Shown one piece after another: positions 20,388 to 30,363 of a stretch of DNA of 64,000 nt (within the stretch, counting starts at the first letter, position 1; every line of letters begins with the position of its first letter). A model generated the notes under the pieces. It made no database searches and was not told where the DNA came from. It saw only the letters and a program-made list of their open reading frames with translations. Source of the DNA: Candidatus Altimarinota bacterium. GTDB lineage: Bacteria > Patescibacteriota > Gracilibacteria > UBA1369. The stretch covers positions 1,271,836 to 1,335,835 of the forward strand of contig OY782391.1 of NCBI GenBank assembly GCA_963677745.1, in the 5' to 3' direction. Made by a program: the position numbers and the translations under genes.

Positions 20388-22571
20388 TTAACGCATGGCC
20401 ACGTAGTTGCTGTTATATTGCAGATTCCAGTTGTAGAATCTTAATGCTGTTACGTAATATTCTGCATTGGCCTTATCTGCCCTGGCCTGTTCCAGTGAAA
20501 CGCTCTGGTGATCGCGGATTCTTGCCTGAATTCCGGCCAGTCTGGATTGTATTTCCGATAAACTGACATGATAGGGGACTATTTCGCCGCCCGTTCCAAC
20601 ATGATTGACGGTAAAGTTTGCCTGTGTGGAGCCGGCCAGTTTTTGGGTTGTAGCAAGCAGATCGATAGCCTGTCCCAATGGAATAATGGTGATCGCTTCG
20701 TTGAGAGTTTTTACTGTAGCCTCATCGGCCGTAATAATCCGGTCTATTTCCGCCAGACTGGCGTTTACTCTGTTCAGATCGGCGGCCACGTTTAGATTGC
20801 CCATCCGTGTTTTAATACTATCTAAAATCTGGGGGACTCTGACATTCTGCATACTGATGGAGTTACTGCCATTTGCATATCTGTCTATCAGCAGTTTGTC
20901 CCTGTTAATTTCCGTCAGTCTTTTGCTGAATCCATCAATTTTAGCTTTCAGCAGCCGGGCCTCCGCCAATCTTTCGGCTTCCGTAACCTGTTTCTGTGCA
21001 GGGTCGGTACTTTCCGAAGGGATATGGCGCTGTCCATTTTCCAGATTGGGATTTGCCGGTCCGGGATTGATATCGGTAGTTCTGGGATAGGACTTTATTC
21101 CGGCCAATGAAACGCTTTTGGCATTTCTTTGATGAATACTAATATCCGACTTTGCTACCTGTGTCTCCTTCTGGAGCTTGGTCGCGTTGCTCTGAACAGC
21201 TTGTAATTGTTGTTTTACTGCTTCTTTTCTCACCTGCTGAACCGAGGGAGCTGAATCAGCAGCTGAAGCAGCCACGGTTTGAATTGCCTGTGTCCGGTCC
21301 ATTGTTGAATTTTGATGGCTGCCTGCAAACGAGGAAGCGGTAAGTCCTGCCGCCGCCGCCAAGGCAAATTTCCAGCGGGAAGGTTTCCGAACCGGTGTGG
21401 TTGGAGCCTCCTGTGGCTCAATTATAGTATTCTGAACAACCGGTTGATGGTTATCGTTCATCACCGGAGAGGTAATGACAACAGGCTTGGATTGCAGTTG
21501 AGTGACTGCTGAAACGTTTGCAGCCGGTTTTTCTGCTGGATTAAAAAAGCTTTTTACTTTATCAAGCAGTCTGTATCTCCAGGAAGTTTTCTTTAAATCC
21601 GTCTCCATTTGTTCTGCCAACTCCAGGGCACAACGGTCATTTTGAATTGCAGCAACCGCTTTCTCATATTGTACTTTGCGTTCTGCCAGTTTTTTCTCAA
21701 TTTTGGCTTTAACCGCTGGATAGTGCGGAGACTTTTCTTCAAACTTGCATTCCACTACAAAGTTATGGACAGCTTTACTGTCATTTGAGTCCAACCGGGA
21801 AATGCAATGTGATCCATTCTGATATATATACTCGCCGATAGCGTCATAGCCACTGTTTATTCTCAGCACATCTTCGTCATAAGCCCTTTTAGCTTGGACA
21901 AGCTCTCTGGCTTGTGATTCTTTTTGACCGGCAATCATTTCCATTTTTGGAACAATCTGCATACCGGTAGGGAGTACCGCGTCAACCAGTTTTGGTATCG
22001 CTGTTACTACAGACTTGGCTGCGCCCAATAAGGACTTGCCAATCCTGCTCCATTTGGAACCTCTGGTCTTGAATTCGGCATAATCAAGTTTTTTTTCAAT
22101 AAGCCGTTCTTCCTGAAGCGCCAGTTGATTGAGATAATCATGCACTCTCAATCCCTGATCGTTTTGCAGGGCTTCCTCCGGAGTGGCTGATTTTGACTGG
22201 AAGGCAATCCAGTCCGGATCTTCCTCCAGCTGCGGCAGTTGTTCGGAATCATCCACAAAAGCCCTTCCGCTATTGATTAAGGCTTTGGCCGCCTGCGACA
22301 GCATTCTTGCTTCAGCAGAGACCGGTTCGATGTCGTATAATCCATGCTCGTCCGGGATAAACCTGTTACCCGGTTTTATCCTGTTGACGGACGATGCGTT
22401 GTTTGGGGATTGAGCCCCAGACAAAGCTGTTTTTTCAGAAACGTCCTGGGCAGAATCAAAATCCACTTTTGAACCTATCCCGACATTGGGAGGAAAAGGT
22501 GCGTCAGAGCTGAGAATAGCTCTGTCCGTACCCGGATCTGTCACAACCGCCAGTTTTATTACATTATTCAT
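20388..22571 (-). CDS. Hypothetical coiled-coil protein with an internal TM-like segment
   Basis: 727-aa ORF; RKPSRWKFALAAAAGLTASSFA segment in the middle of the protein. Confidence 0.75.
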   Translation of the reverse strand: MNNVIKLAVVTDPGTDRAILSSDAPFPPNVGIGSKVDFDSAQDVSEKTALSGAQSPNNASSVNRIKPGNRFIPDEHGLYDIEPVSAEARMLSQAAKALINSGRAFVDDSEQLPQLEEDPDWIAFQSKSATPEEALQNDQGLRVHDYLNQLALQEERLIEKKLDYAEFKTRGSKWSRIGKSLLGAAKSVVTAIPKLVDAVLPTGMQIVPKMEMIAGQKESQARELVQAKRAYDEDVLRINSGYDAIGEYIYQNGSHCISRLDSNDSKAVHNFVVECKFEEKSPHYPAVKAKIEKKLAERKVQYEKAVAAIQNDRCALELAEQMETDLKKTSWRYRLLDKVKSFFNPAEKPAANVSAVTQLQSKPVVITSPVMNDNHQPVVQNTIIEPQEAPTTPVRKPSRWKFALAAAAGLTASSFAGSHQNSTMDRTQAIQTVAASAADSAPSVQQVRKEAVKQQLQAVQSNATKLQKETQVAKSDISIHQRNAKSVSLAGIKSYPRTTDINPGPANPNLENGQRHIPSESTDPAQKQVTEAERLAEARLLKAKIDGFSKRLTEINRDKLLIDRYANGSNSISMQNVRVPQILDSIKTRMGNLNVAADLNRVNASLAEIDRIITADEATVKTLNEAITIIPLGQAIDLLATTQKLAGSTQANFTVNHVGTGGEIVPYHVSLSEIQSRLAGIQARIRDHQSVSLEQARADKANAEYYVTALRFYNWNLQYNSNYVAMR

Positions 22572-22695
22572 AATTCTTCAAAAATAATTAGTTTAATTTA
22601 ACTCTTTTCTTTCTCTCAACCATATATAACCAAGTTGAGGCGCAATTATTACACGCGCTTGTCAACTTGTCAAGAGTGAAAAAAGATGTTCTAAT

Positions 22696-25600
22696 CTAAT
22701 TAGAGTTTTTCAGTTTTGTCTTTATCCAGTTTAAAATAGGGCCTTTAACTTGGCTTATCTCTGCGACCAGTTCTTCCATGCCCCGGTTGTTGATAAATTC
22801 CTGGATTTCCTGCAGCAGATAGGGATTGTTAAGAATATCCATAAAACCCTGCAGGGCGGCATCCTCAACCGGTTTGTCAGCTGAGAAATTTAAAATTAAG
22901 GCTTTGTGTGACTGTAATTTCTTCTTGAAGTCCTGCCCAAGGTGTTTTTTTGTGAAAAAGAAACCTAAAACGTCATCATATTGGTTTATCAGGCTGAAAT
23001 AACCGGTTAGCACAGCTTCTTTGCCGGCAAATCTGGCCTCCAGATAGGCAATCAGAGCATCAGTATGACCCTCGCTCAAAGCAAACTTATTCAACATTAC
23101 GTCACGGGTGGACCTGGTAATTTCTTCCAGGCTCTGTTCCGGTTGTGGCGGTTGTTTGTCTAAAACTGGGACATTTCCGGAGATAGCGGCTGAGACCCGG
23201 TGTGTAAACAGTTCCCGGTACTCCGATATTTTTTCGGCTTCTTCCTTGCCAAAGTGCAGATTCCGCTGCGCATCCAGGTAAGCTACCGATCTGACTTCCG
23301 GGTCCTTAATATTAGGATGGCCGGCCCCGAAATCAACATTGGCAAAAGTAATTCCCGACGCCGAGTAAATGCGTTGGGCGGTTTTGTAGGTGTGTCCGTG
23401 TACTATCAATGTTATGCCCATGGCATTCAATTCAGCCAATTTTTGACGTATTCTCGGACCATTTTCGGGATTATTCAGTTTTTGGGCGAAATCTCTGATC
23501 AGATCGGGGTTTAAAAACTTTTTACTAAGTTCGGTAAATCTGGGATAGCCGGTTTTCACTTTATCTTCTAATAATAATTCCTTCAAAGTGCCGGAGAATT
23601 CATCATTAATGGTTGCAACGCTGTTAGCAACATTGTCGTCTTTCAATAATTCATCCAGAATTTCCTCGGTTAATTCGCCATGGAGAACCAGGGTGTTTCC
23701 GTCCAGATGCAGCAATTGCATTCTGGAAAATTCTTCAAGGATCCGGAGTCCAACAGGATCGGACTTCATGTTCGACAGTGCTTCCGGACCTGCTCCGGCA
23801 ATCTCGTCGATTACGTCAGATGAAAGAGTTCCAAAGGCGATGGCATCCGCCAATAAATCAGCACTCAAATCTGTCTGTTTGCCAAATTTAGTATATTGTT
23901 TGATAAATTCCACCACGCCTCTTCCCTGCTGACCTTTCCATAGGAACATCCAGTTAAAACCTGCGTTTAGCCTGTCACTGGCGGATCCAAAGGCGGGCCT
24001 CTGGGTTAGATAGGACAGAGCGAAGTCTTCATGATTTCCAAAAATTGTAGTTAAACTTCCAAAACTTTTTTCAGCCTGTTTTCTCAAATCTGCCAGTCTG
24101 GACATGATTTGCAGCCCCTCAGTAACACGGTCTGCCATAATGTCGCCAAGCAATATTAGTTTGCGGTTCCCGGCAATCCAGGTCCACTGATCATCGGGGC
24201 CGATGCTAATAACTTTCAATGACACCAAATTGTTTCTTAAAGCCTCCAGACTGCCGTTTAAATCTCCAATAAAAAGTATTTCCGGTTCTCCCAGGACTTC
24301 TTTGGTCTCTTTTTTTGAAGGGGTGAGCGGCGGGACAGTCGGGGGAGGCGGGGGGGATGCGGGAGGAGCAGCTGCAATTGCTGTCCGGGGGACTGATTGA
24401 AGCTGGGGAGTCGATGTTAATACGGGAGGGGTGGGGGGAGTTGGTGGCGGAGGAGGTGGAGCGCCGGCAGGTGCAGCAGGAGCTGCTGGAGCCGCTGCTA
24501 CAGCAGGGGCGGAAGGTGTCGGTCTGACTGCAGGAGCAGCAGGAGGTGGTGGGGGAGTAGGGGATCCTGCAGCGGCGGGAGGTGGTGTAAGGGGCGCAGC
24601 TGGAGCGGGAGAAACCGTGGCTGCCGGCGCAGGTGCAGACGCAGGAGCAGGTGCTGGTACGGTAACGGGACCGGGAGTTTGTAGATTTACCACCAATGGT
24701 GGAAGATTCAAACTGGGATTTTCCCAATTGGGAATAAAATGAGTGGGAGCAGCAGCAGGAGCTGGAGTTGAAGGCGTTAGAGCTGGTGCTACGGGTGCAG
24801 GAGCAGGCGAGGGCGTTCCAGCCATAAATGTTCCGAACGGTAACTGGTTTCTAGGAGTGGCCGGTCGATTGGAGGCTGGGGTTATGGCTGGCTGTGTCAC
24901 TCCCGTGGGAACATTCTGGGGAGCGGTTGTGCCGGCAGCCGGGGCCGGTGGCTGTCCTTGGTTGGGACCAACTGCAGGATTCTGAATGGCAGGTGCAGGC
25001 GCCGGATGTCTGGAACGGCTCAAAACGGCCATTTCACGCTGAACTGCCGCCAAATTATTGGACGCCATCTGTAGAGCAGGATCGTTTTCCGGAAGAGTGA
25101 CCAGTATGCCCAGTTCTCTATCCAGAATCTCCACCAGTCCCCGGATACCGTAATTGGCCTCGAATTCGGCAACTCTCCTTTTCAAATCCTGGAATCTTTC
25201 ATAATCACTGGTGGTTTGTCTGACATAGGCAGCCCTGCTTTCGGCTGCCACCTGAGGCAGATTTACCTGCCACTGTCTGATCATCGTTACCTCATCGCCA
25301 AATTCGTGCCAGAATAACATTTCCTTTTCTGCGGGCGATCTGCGGGCCAGGTTAGCCTGTCGTTGATAAATTTCAGCCATCGCCCGTTCCTGGGCGGCTT
25401 TTTGAGCCTGTTGTTGCTGCAACATCTGGTCGAATACAGAGATTTTGCCGGTGGAATGTGCTCCATACCTTGCCATCAAATTTTGCAGATAGGCCAGTCG
25501 AGAATTTAGTCTGGTGTATCTCTTATATAATTCTGAAAGTTGTATATTGTTTGGATTGAACGCAGTCTGTGCATTCTGATTGTCTTCGATGGGTTCAATG

Positions 25601-26556
25601 TTTAAATCTATGCCCAGTACATCAACCTTAATTCTTTTTTCCAGCTCCATAATGTTCTGCTCCAGTATTGCCTGTTCCTGATGCAGTGACTGATATATGT
25701 TGAAATCGGGAGCCTGATGAATTATCTCTGCGTACAACAAACGGAAATTCCCCCAGAACCGCTGGCTGAGTGAAGCGTTCTGAAGACTCTGTTCCAAAAG
25801 CATGGCCTCATAGGCCTTTGCCATGCGTGTCAGCCAGTTATATTGATTGGCCATTCTGGACACAATTTCATTCAGCTTTCCGTTGATTTCCGCTGAAAGA
25901 TTTTTTTCCGCACCGATGGCCGACAACACCATTTCTATATTCTGCCTGGTCTGTTCCATTTCGGCTTCCAGTTGCATGCGCCGTGGGACATCGGCCCTGA
26001 CCGCCGCCATTTCAGAGTTCAATTTCCTGGCCATATCATTACTTAGTCCCGGATTGCCGGTTTCAGCTTTGGTGGAGACATTATATTGGGAAGGAGATCT
26101 GAGATCGATCACGCGTCCTGCTTTATGGCCAAATCCTTGCGCGGCATCTATCACTTGTCCGCTGGCCAGATCACTGGCAACTGAAGGATTTACAGTTGGT
26201 TTTGGAAATCTTCTTCTGACCTGAAAATCTGCCAGATCTTTTCTGTCTTCCGCCAATTTGCCTTCTCTTTTCAGATCCGAGAAATATTTGATTCTTCTCC
26301 AGACCGAGTCGGTTAACGCTTTGAAAGTGGCTTCAGTTATTCCTGGGAAATCAGCGGCAATTTCCGACTGTAAGTTTTTATGCAACTGTTCATATCCTTC
26401 CTTGGTGACTCTTTTATTTTCAATGGCATCAAAAAACATCTCCAATGCTTTGTTGTGCGCATAGTCCTGCTGGGCTTCGTTCAGATTAAATTTTTCCTCA
26501 TCCAGCCGGTCCAGACTGTCGTATGATTGCATGCCTGATGTTCCTGATAAAGCCAT
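22696..26556 (-). CDS. Large protein: coiled coil, Pro-rich linker and calcineurin-like metallophosphoesterase (Shewanella-like phosphatase type)
   Basis: Motifs FIGDLNG, LLGDIMADR, IFGNHE, VLHG, VHGHT, NVDFG; poly-Pro region at about 24.3-25.0 kb. Confidence 0.8.
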   Translation of the reverse strand: MALSGTSGMQSYDSLDRLDEEKFNLNEAQQDYAHNKALEMFFDAIENKRVTKEGYEQLHKNLQSEIAADFPGITEATFKALTDSVWRRIKYFSDLKREGKLAEDRKDLADFQVRRRFPKPTVNPSVASDLASGQVIDAAQGFGHKAGRVIDLRSPSQYNVSTKAETGNPGLSNDMARKLNSEMAAVRADVPRRMQLEAEMEQTRQNIEMVLSAIGAEKNLSAEINGKLNEIVSRMANQYNWLTRMAKAYEAMLLEQSLQNASLSQRFWGNFRLLYAEIIHQAPDFNIYQSLHQEQAILEQNIMELEKRIKVDVLGIDLNIEPIEDNQNAQTAFNPNNIQLSELYKRYTRLNSRLAYLQNLMARYGAHSTGKISVFDQMLQQQQAQKAAQERAMAEIYQRQANLARRSPAEKEMLFWHEFGDEVTMIRQWQVNLPQVAAESRAAYVRQTTSDYERFQDLKRRVAEFEANYGIRGLVEILDRELGILVTLPENDPALQMASNNLAAVQREMAVLSRSRHPAPAPAIQNPAVGPNQGQPPAPAAGTTAPQNVPTGVTQPAITPASNRPATPRNQLPFGTFMAGTPSPAPAPVAPALTPSTPAPAAAPTHFIPNWENPSLNLPPLVVNLQTPGPVTVPAPAPASAPAPAATVSPAPAAPLTPPPAAAGSPTPPPPPAAPAVRPTPSAPAVAAAPAAPAAPAGAPPPPPPTPPTPPVLTSTPQLQSVPRTAIAAAPPASPPPPPTVPPLTPSKKETKEVLGEPEILFIGDLNGSLEALRNNLVSLKVISIGPDDQWTWIAGNRKLILLGDIMADRVTEGLQIMSRLADLRKQAEKSFGSLTTIFGNHEDFALSYLTQRPAFGSASDRLNAGFNWMFLWKGQQGRGVVEFIKQYTKFGKQTDLSADLLADAIAFGTLSSDVIDEIAGAGPEALSNMKSDPVGLRILEEFSRMQLLHLDGNTLVLHGELTEEILDELLKDDNVANSVATINDEFSGTLKELLLEDKVKTGYPRFTELSKKFLNPDLIRDFAQKLNNPENGPRIRQKLAELNAMGITLIVHGHTYKTAQRIYSASGITFANVDFGAGHPNIKDPEVRSVAYLDAQRNLHFGKEEAEKISEYRELFTHRVSAAISGNVPVLDKQPPQPEQSLEEITRSTRDVMLNKFALSEGHTDALIAYLEARFAGKEAVLTGYFSLINQYDDVLGFFFTKKHLGQDFKKKLQSHKALILNFSADKPVEDAALQGFMDILNNPYLLQEIQEFINNRGMEELVAEISQVKGPILNWIKTKLKNSN

Positions 26557-26572
26557 AGGATAGATAAATAGA

Positions 26573-26938
26573 TTATTTCTTTAGTTTCTGGTCCAGAAGC
26601 CTCACCGTTTCCACAATTTCATCAAACAGATCGTTTACGGCTTTTAAAATTCTGTCGTCCAAACCCGGTATATAAGATGTGATTATACTTAAACAGTCAA
26701 TCTCGTCAAGTTCAGGGTGGTCTTCCAATGTTTTCTGCAAAAGGAAAAGTTCTTTCGGACCCAGTGAAGAAACAACGACTGCCGTTACCCTGTCGCTGAG
26801 GGTCTGGGCTATTTCCAGGCTTAGTTCTTCTTTAATTTCGGGGCTGGCCTGATCCATTTTTACTTCTTTTAATATCATCGCGATGAAATTCTCGGCGTTG
26901 AAGTAAATCCCTTTCTTTTTTGTTTGGTTGTTTTTCAT
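26573..26938 (-). CDS. Small acidic helical protein (DUF5663-like, CPR-typical)
   Basis: 121 aa; pattern of acidic helices and IPGLDDRILKAV. Confidence 0.55.
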   Translation of the reverse strand: MKNNQTKKKGIYFNAENFIAMILKEVKMDQASPEIKEELSLEIAQTLSDRVTAVVVSSLGPKELFLLQKTLEDHPELDEIDCLSIITSYIPGLDDRILKAVNDLFDEIVETVRLLDQKLKK

Positions 26939-26948
26939 AGTTTAGTTA

Positions 26949-29900
26949 TTAGGCGGCTTTTTTGCTTACTGGTGCCTCTGCGTTGTCATTGGCAGGCAGC
27001 TGGGATGAGACAATGGTTCCAATATCGACTTTGTTTTTGGCAGCCGCAGCGTTATATTCAGCGACTTTTTGATTCAGATCCATCTGCTGCTCAATCAGTT
27101 TGTTGATCTTTCTGGCCAGTCTCTTCCTATCCCATTTGTAAGGTACGTTCATTTGTTTTCTGCGCAATTTTCCAATATCCACGCCGATATCGAAAATTTC
27201 CTCGTTCAACTCTTCAATGCGGTCACGATAATAGCCGCGTAAAGTGGATTTGCTGAACATTCCAACCATTCTCTTGGGCATATGGGTGGACCTTCGAAGT
27301 GCCCTGCCCACCAGCCTTACCGGGAAGGTTCCGCCTTTCCAGGCCCAGCCCAGCGGTGCCGTAACAGGAGTAGCCAGCAGTCTTCCCACGCTGAATGATT
27401 TGCTGGCGGCCGATCTGGCCTTGGCGGCATTGAGAAAGTTCCTTCTGCTCCAGGCCCAGCTTTTCTTGGTCCCGGACCAGAAAGCCCTGGCTCCTCGTTT
27501 TGTGTGACCCCAGCCGTTCTGTAAACGGAAGTTGGTCGACATTTTATCAAATACCTGTGCCAGTCCTACTGATTGTAAATATTCTTTTTTCTCTTTCCTG
27601 CTAAGCTTGTTTTCACGGATGTACTGCCGGGCCTTTTCCACCCGGTCATGGAGATCGGAAGCATCTCTGATTTGTCTTTCTATAGCCGTGATGTCTGCTC
27701 GAAGGTCGGCAATTTGGCTGGCATAGGCTTCCCGTCCCGGATCGTTTGCGGGCAGGGCATTCATACTTGCCTCCAAACCGGCTATTTCCTGACGTTTTCT
27801 TTCCAGACCGGCCTGTTTAATTTTGTTCATGCCGTCCAGAGCGTCTTTATCCAGAACCCTCTTCAATGCTTTTTTGGCAAACTGCACTCTCCAGATGGCA
27901 TCCTTGTGTTTAACCTGGGCTCTGATTGTGTTATCAAGTTGTTTTTCCTGTCGTCTGCTCTCCCTGAGCAGTCTGATCAGATTGTGTTCGCGTTCACCGG
28001 GACCTCCCGCAGCTTCCACCCTGTCCAGAAATTCTCCCACCCACATTTCGGTTTTAACTTGTTTAAAGGCTTCAATCAGGTTTTCCAAATCCCAGTCATC
28101 CGGATCCAGATCCTTACGCAGTTCGGGGGAAACCTCCTTGAATTGTGAGATTGCCTCCTCCAGTGTCTGGGCAAATCTTTCCAGAGTTTGCCGGGAAACT
28201 GGACGGCCGGCGTTATTCATCATTTGTTTGATGTCGCGCCTGGTGGTGAATTTGTTGATGCCTGTGAAAGGAGTATATTGGTCATTTGATTTGACCAGTC
28301 CCTCCAAAAATTTATCTCCGGTAATTTCCTTGAAATCAATCATTTCCAGACCAATCAGATCCTGTCCTTTAGCTATCATATACTTAAATTTGTCGTAGCC
28401 GCGGGCAATTATTCCGCGATTGGCAATTTCCGCTGCCTGGGCGTTGGCGGTGCGTTTTCTGTTTCTGCTTTCTACATCTTCCACTCTTAAGACAGTTTTG
28501 ATCAAAGCATAACGGTCTGCTTCCTCATTAAACTGATTGACCGGTATATGCCTTTCACGCATGTGGTCACGTCTGAGCAGTCTTTTCAGCAGCTCAAAAG
28601 GAGTAAGACGGGCCCGGGGAATAGGTATAAGATCATTTCCTCTTTGTTGAACCTGGTTTTCCAGATTACTGAAATTTTGATTTAATTGTGTGAGAAAATT
28701 TGCCGCAGCAGCAATAGCGGCAGTGTAATCTGCTGTATTTCTGGCAATAGTAATTGGATCCAGGTTGGGGGGAAATCCAAAAGTTGCTGCAATATCATTG
28801 ATGCCGTTGGCAGTCATCAGATTGGCCAGATCTGAAGCATTGGTACGGATTACGTTTTCAGCGTCAGAGATCTTTGTGATTAATGCGTTCAAAGCGGTCT
28901 GTTTGCTGTCCTGTACTGTGCGCAGCTGTGCAATCTGATTGGGGTTTGGAATAGGACCGCCCACCCCGTTAATGGTGTTTTCAATGTTATTAATCTGCGC
29001 TTGCAAAGTCAGTTGTTGCATACGCCCATTCTGAGATATGGAGATATTCTGTCGTATGCCGTTGACTAGTCTTCTGGTTTCTGTCTGCAGATTCCTGACG
29101 GCATCAAGCTGTTCCTGTGTTCTTTGAGTGGGAGGCGTTTCGGCAGCCATAATCTGTTGCACTTCATTCCAGACATCCTGATAGACTTGTGGAGGTATTG
29201 CGCCCGCAGCCAGATTGGTCATGGCGGCGCGGTTGGCCAGTCTGTTTCTCAGTTCTGCCAGTAAAGCCACTCCTTCGGGATTGTTCTCCTCCAATGGAAA
29301 AAGGCTGTGCGGTTCCAGCACTTCCACCAGCAAATTGGTAAAAGGTTGAGGTGCGCCTCCTCCCGGCGGTATAACCATTGTATTGGCCAGAGTTGGTGCT
29401 CCGGGTACATCAGTATCCCAAAACTGGCGAAGCCGGTCTGTATCATAAATCATATCCGCACCGAACTTGGAACTCTCTTTTTGCTCGACGTAAATCAGCA
29501 GCCGCAAGTCACGGAAAGCTTGTGCGTTGACCAGATTGGGTAGTCCGTTGGCCACACACCATTGCTCCAGTCGTCTCAAAGTCAAAAAGCTAAAGGTAGC
29601 CAGAGTATTGGCAATCACCGGTGGAGGTGCGTTTAGGGCCAGCGCTGTGCCCAAATTACCATTCATAAACGCCACCATGTTTTGCAACAAGACCGGAGCT
29701 CCGGTAAAAATCATGTTCAGTTGTACCTGCAGCCTGTTGGTCACAAACTGTCTCCTTGCCAGGAGATTTCTGTCTGCACCAAAACGCCTGTCAACAGCTG
29801 CCTCAACATAGGTATTGGCCCCTACCATTGAACCGACTCCCCGCATAACTTTCACAAAATTGCGGCCTGACCTTACCGGCAGATTCTGGTTCAAATGTTC

Positions 29901-30242
29901 AACTGTCAGAGAATCCTGATAATTCCTGATGTCTGGGCCGTCATTTTCTGGAATTTCATTTCCATATACCTCCCGATAAAGATGCATCTGCACTTTTTCC
30001 TCGATAGTGCGCTGTCTGAGATCGGCCATCCCTCCCGGCTGATTGAGGGTAAGCTGGTGGGCAACTTTTTCATTTACCCCGGTCCGTAAAAAAGTGACGT
30101 CATTGGCGATTCTGTTGGCCTCTTCATAGAAGGCGGCATTTTCCTGCTGCGCCTGTTCCATCATCCGTTCTCTTCGCTCTTTTTCGGAGGAGAGAATGGG
30201 ATGTTTTCTGTGTGACTCCGGAAATCTGATTACTTTGCCCAT
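26949..30242 (-). CDS. Large hypothetical coiled-coil protein (1097 aa)
   Basis: Long ORF with N/Q/A-rich helices, a basic amphipathic C-terminal region and no signal peptide. Confidence 0.8.
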   Translation of the reverse strand: MGKVIRFPESHRKHPILSSEKERRERMMEQAQQENAAFYEEANRIANDVTFLRTGVNEKVAHQLTLNQPGGMADLRQRTIEEKVQMHLYREVYGNEIPENDGPDIRNYQDSLTVEHLNQNLPVRSGRNFVKVMRGVGSMVGANTYVEAAVDRRFGADRNLLARRQFVTNRLQVQLNMIFTGAPVLLQNMVAFMNGNLGTALALNAPPPVIANTLATFSFLTLRRLEQWCVANGLPNLVNAQAFRDLRLLIYVEQKESSKFGADMIYDTDRLRQFWDTDVPGAPTLANTMVIPPGGGAPQPFTNLLVEVLEPHSLFPLEENNPEGVALLAELRNRLANRAAMTNLAAGAIPPQVYQDVWNEVQQIMAAETPPTQRTQEQLDAVRNLQTETRRLVNGIRQNISISQNGRMQQLTLQAQINNIENTINGVGGPIPNPNQIAQLRTVQDSKQTALNALITKISDAENVIRTNASDLANLMTANGINDIAATFGFPPNLDPITIARNTADYTAAIAAAANFLTQLNQNFSNLENQVQQRGNDLIPIPRARLTPFELLKRLLRRDHMRERHIPVNQFNEEADRYALIKTVLRVEDVESRNRKRTANAQAAEIANRGIIARGYDKFKYMIAKGQDLIGLEMIDFKEITGDKFLEGLVKSNDQYTPFTGINKFTTRRDIKQMMNNAGRPVSRQTLERFAQTLEEAISQFKEVSPELRKDLDPDDWDLENLIEAFKQVKTEMWVGEFLDRVEAAGGPGEREHNLIRLLRESRRQEKQLDNTIRAQVKHKDAIWRVQFAKKALKRVLDKDALDGMNKIKQAGLERKRQEIAGLEASMNALPANDPGREAYASQIADLRADITAIERQIRDASDLHDRVEKARQYIRENKLSRKEKKEYLQSVGLAQVFDKMSTNFRLQNGWGHTKRGARAFWSGTKKSWAWSRRNFLNAAKARSAASKSFSVGRLLATPVTAPLGWAWKGGTFPVRLVGRALRRSTHMPKRMVGMFSKSTLRGYYRDRIEELNEEIFDIGVDIGKLRRKQMNVPYKWDRKRLARKINKLIEQQMDLNQKVAEYNAAAAKNKVDIGTIVSSQLPANDNAEAPVSKKAA

Positions 30243-30363
30243 CTGGACTTATATTAAATCTTTTGATTATACCATTTTTCACTGTTGAAATAAAGACTTT
30301 CCTACGCTAAGATGGGCACGACTTCCGCCGATCGCGAATTTTATAATTAAATCCAAAAGTGGC

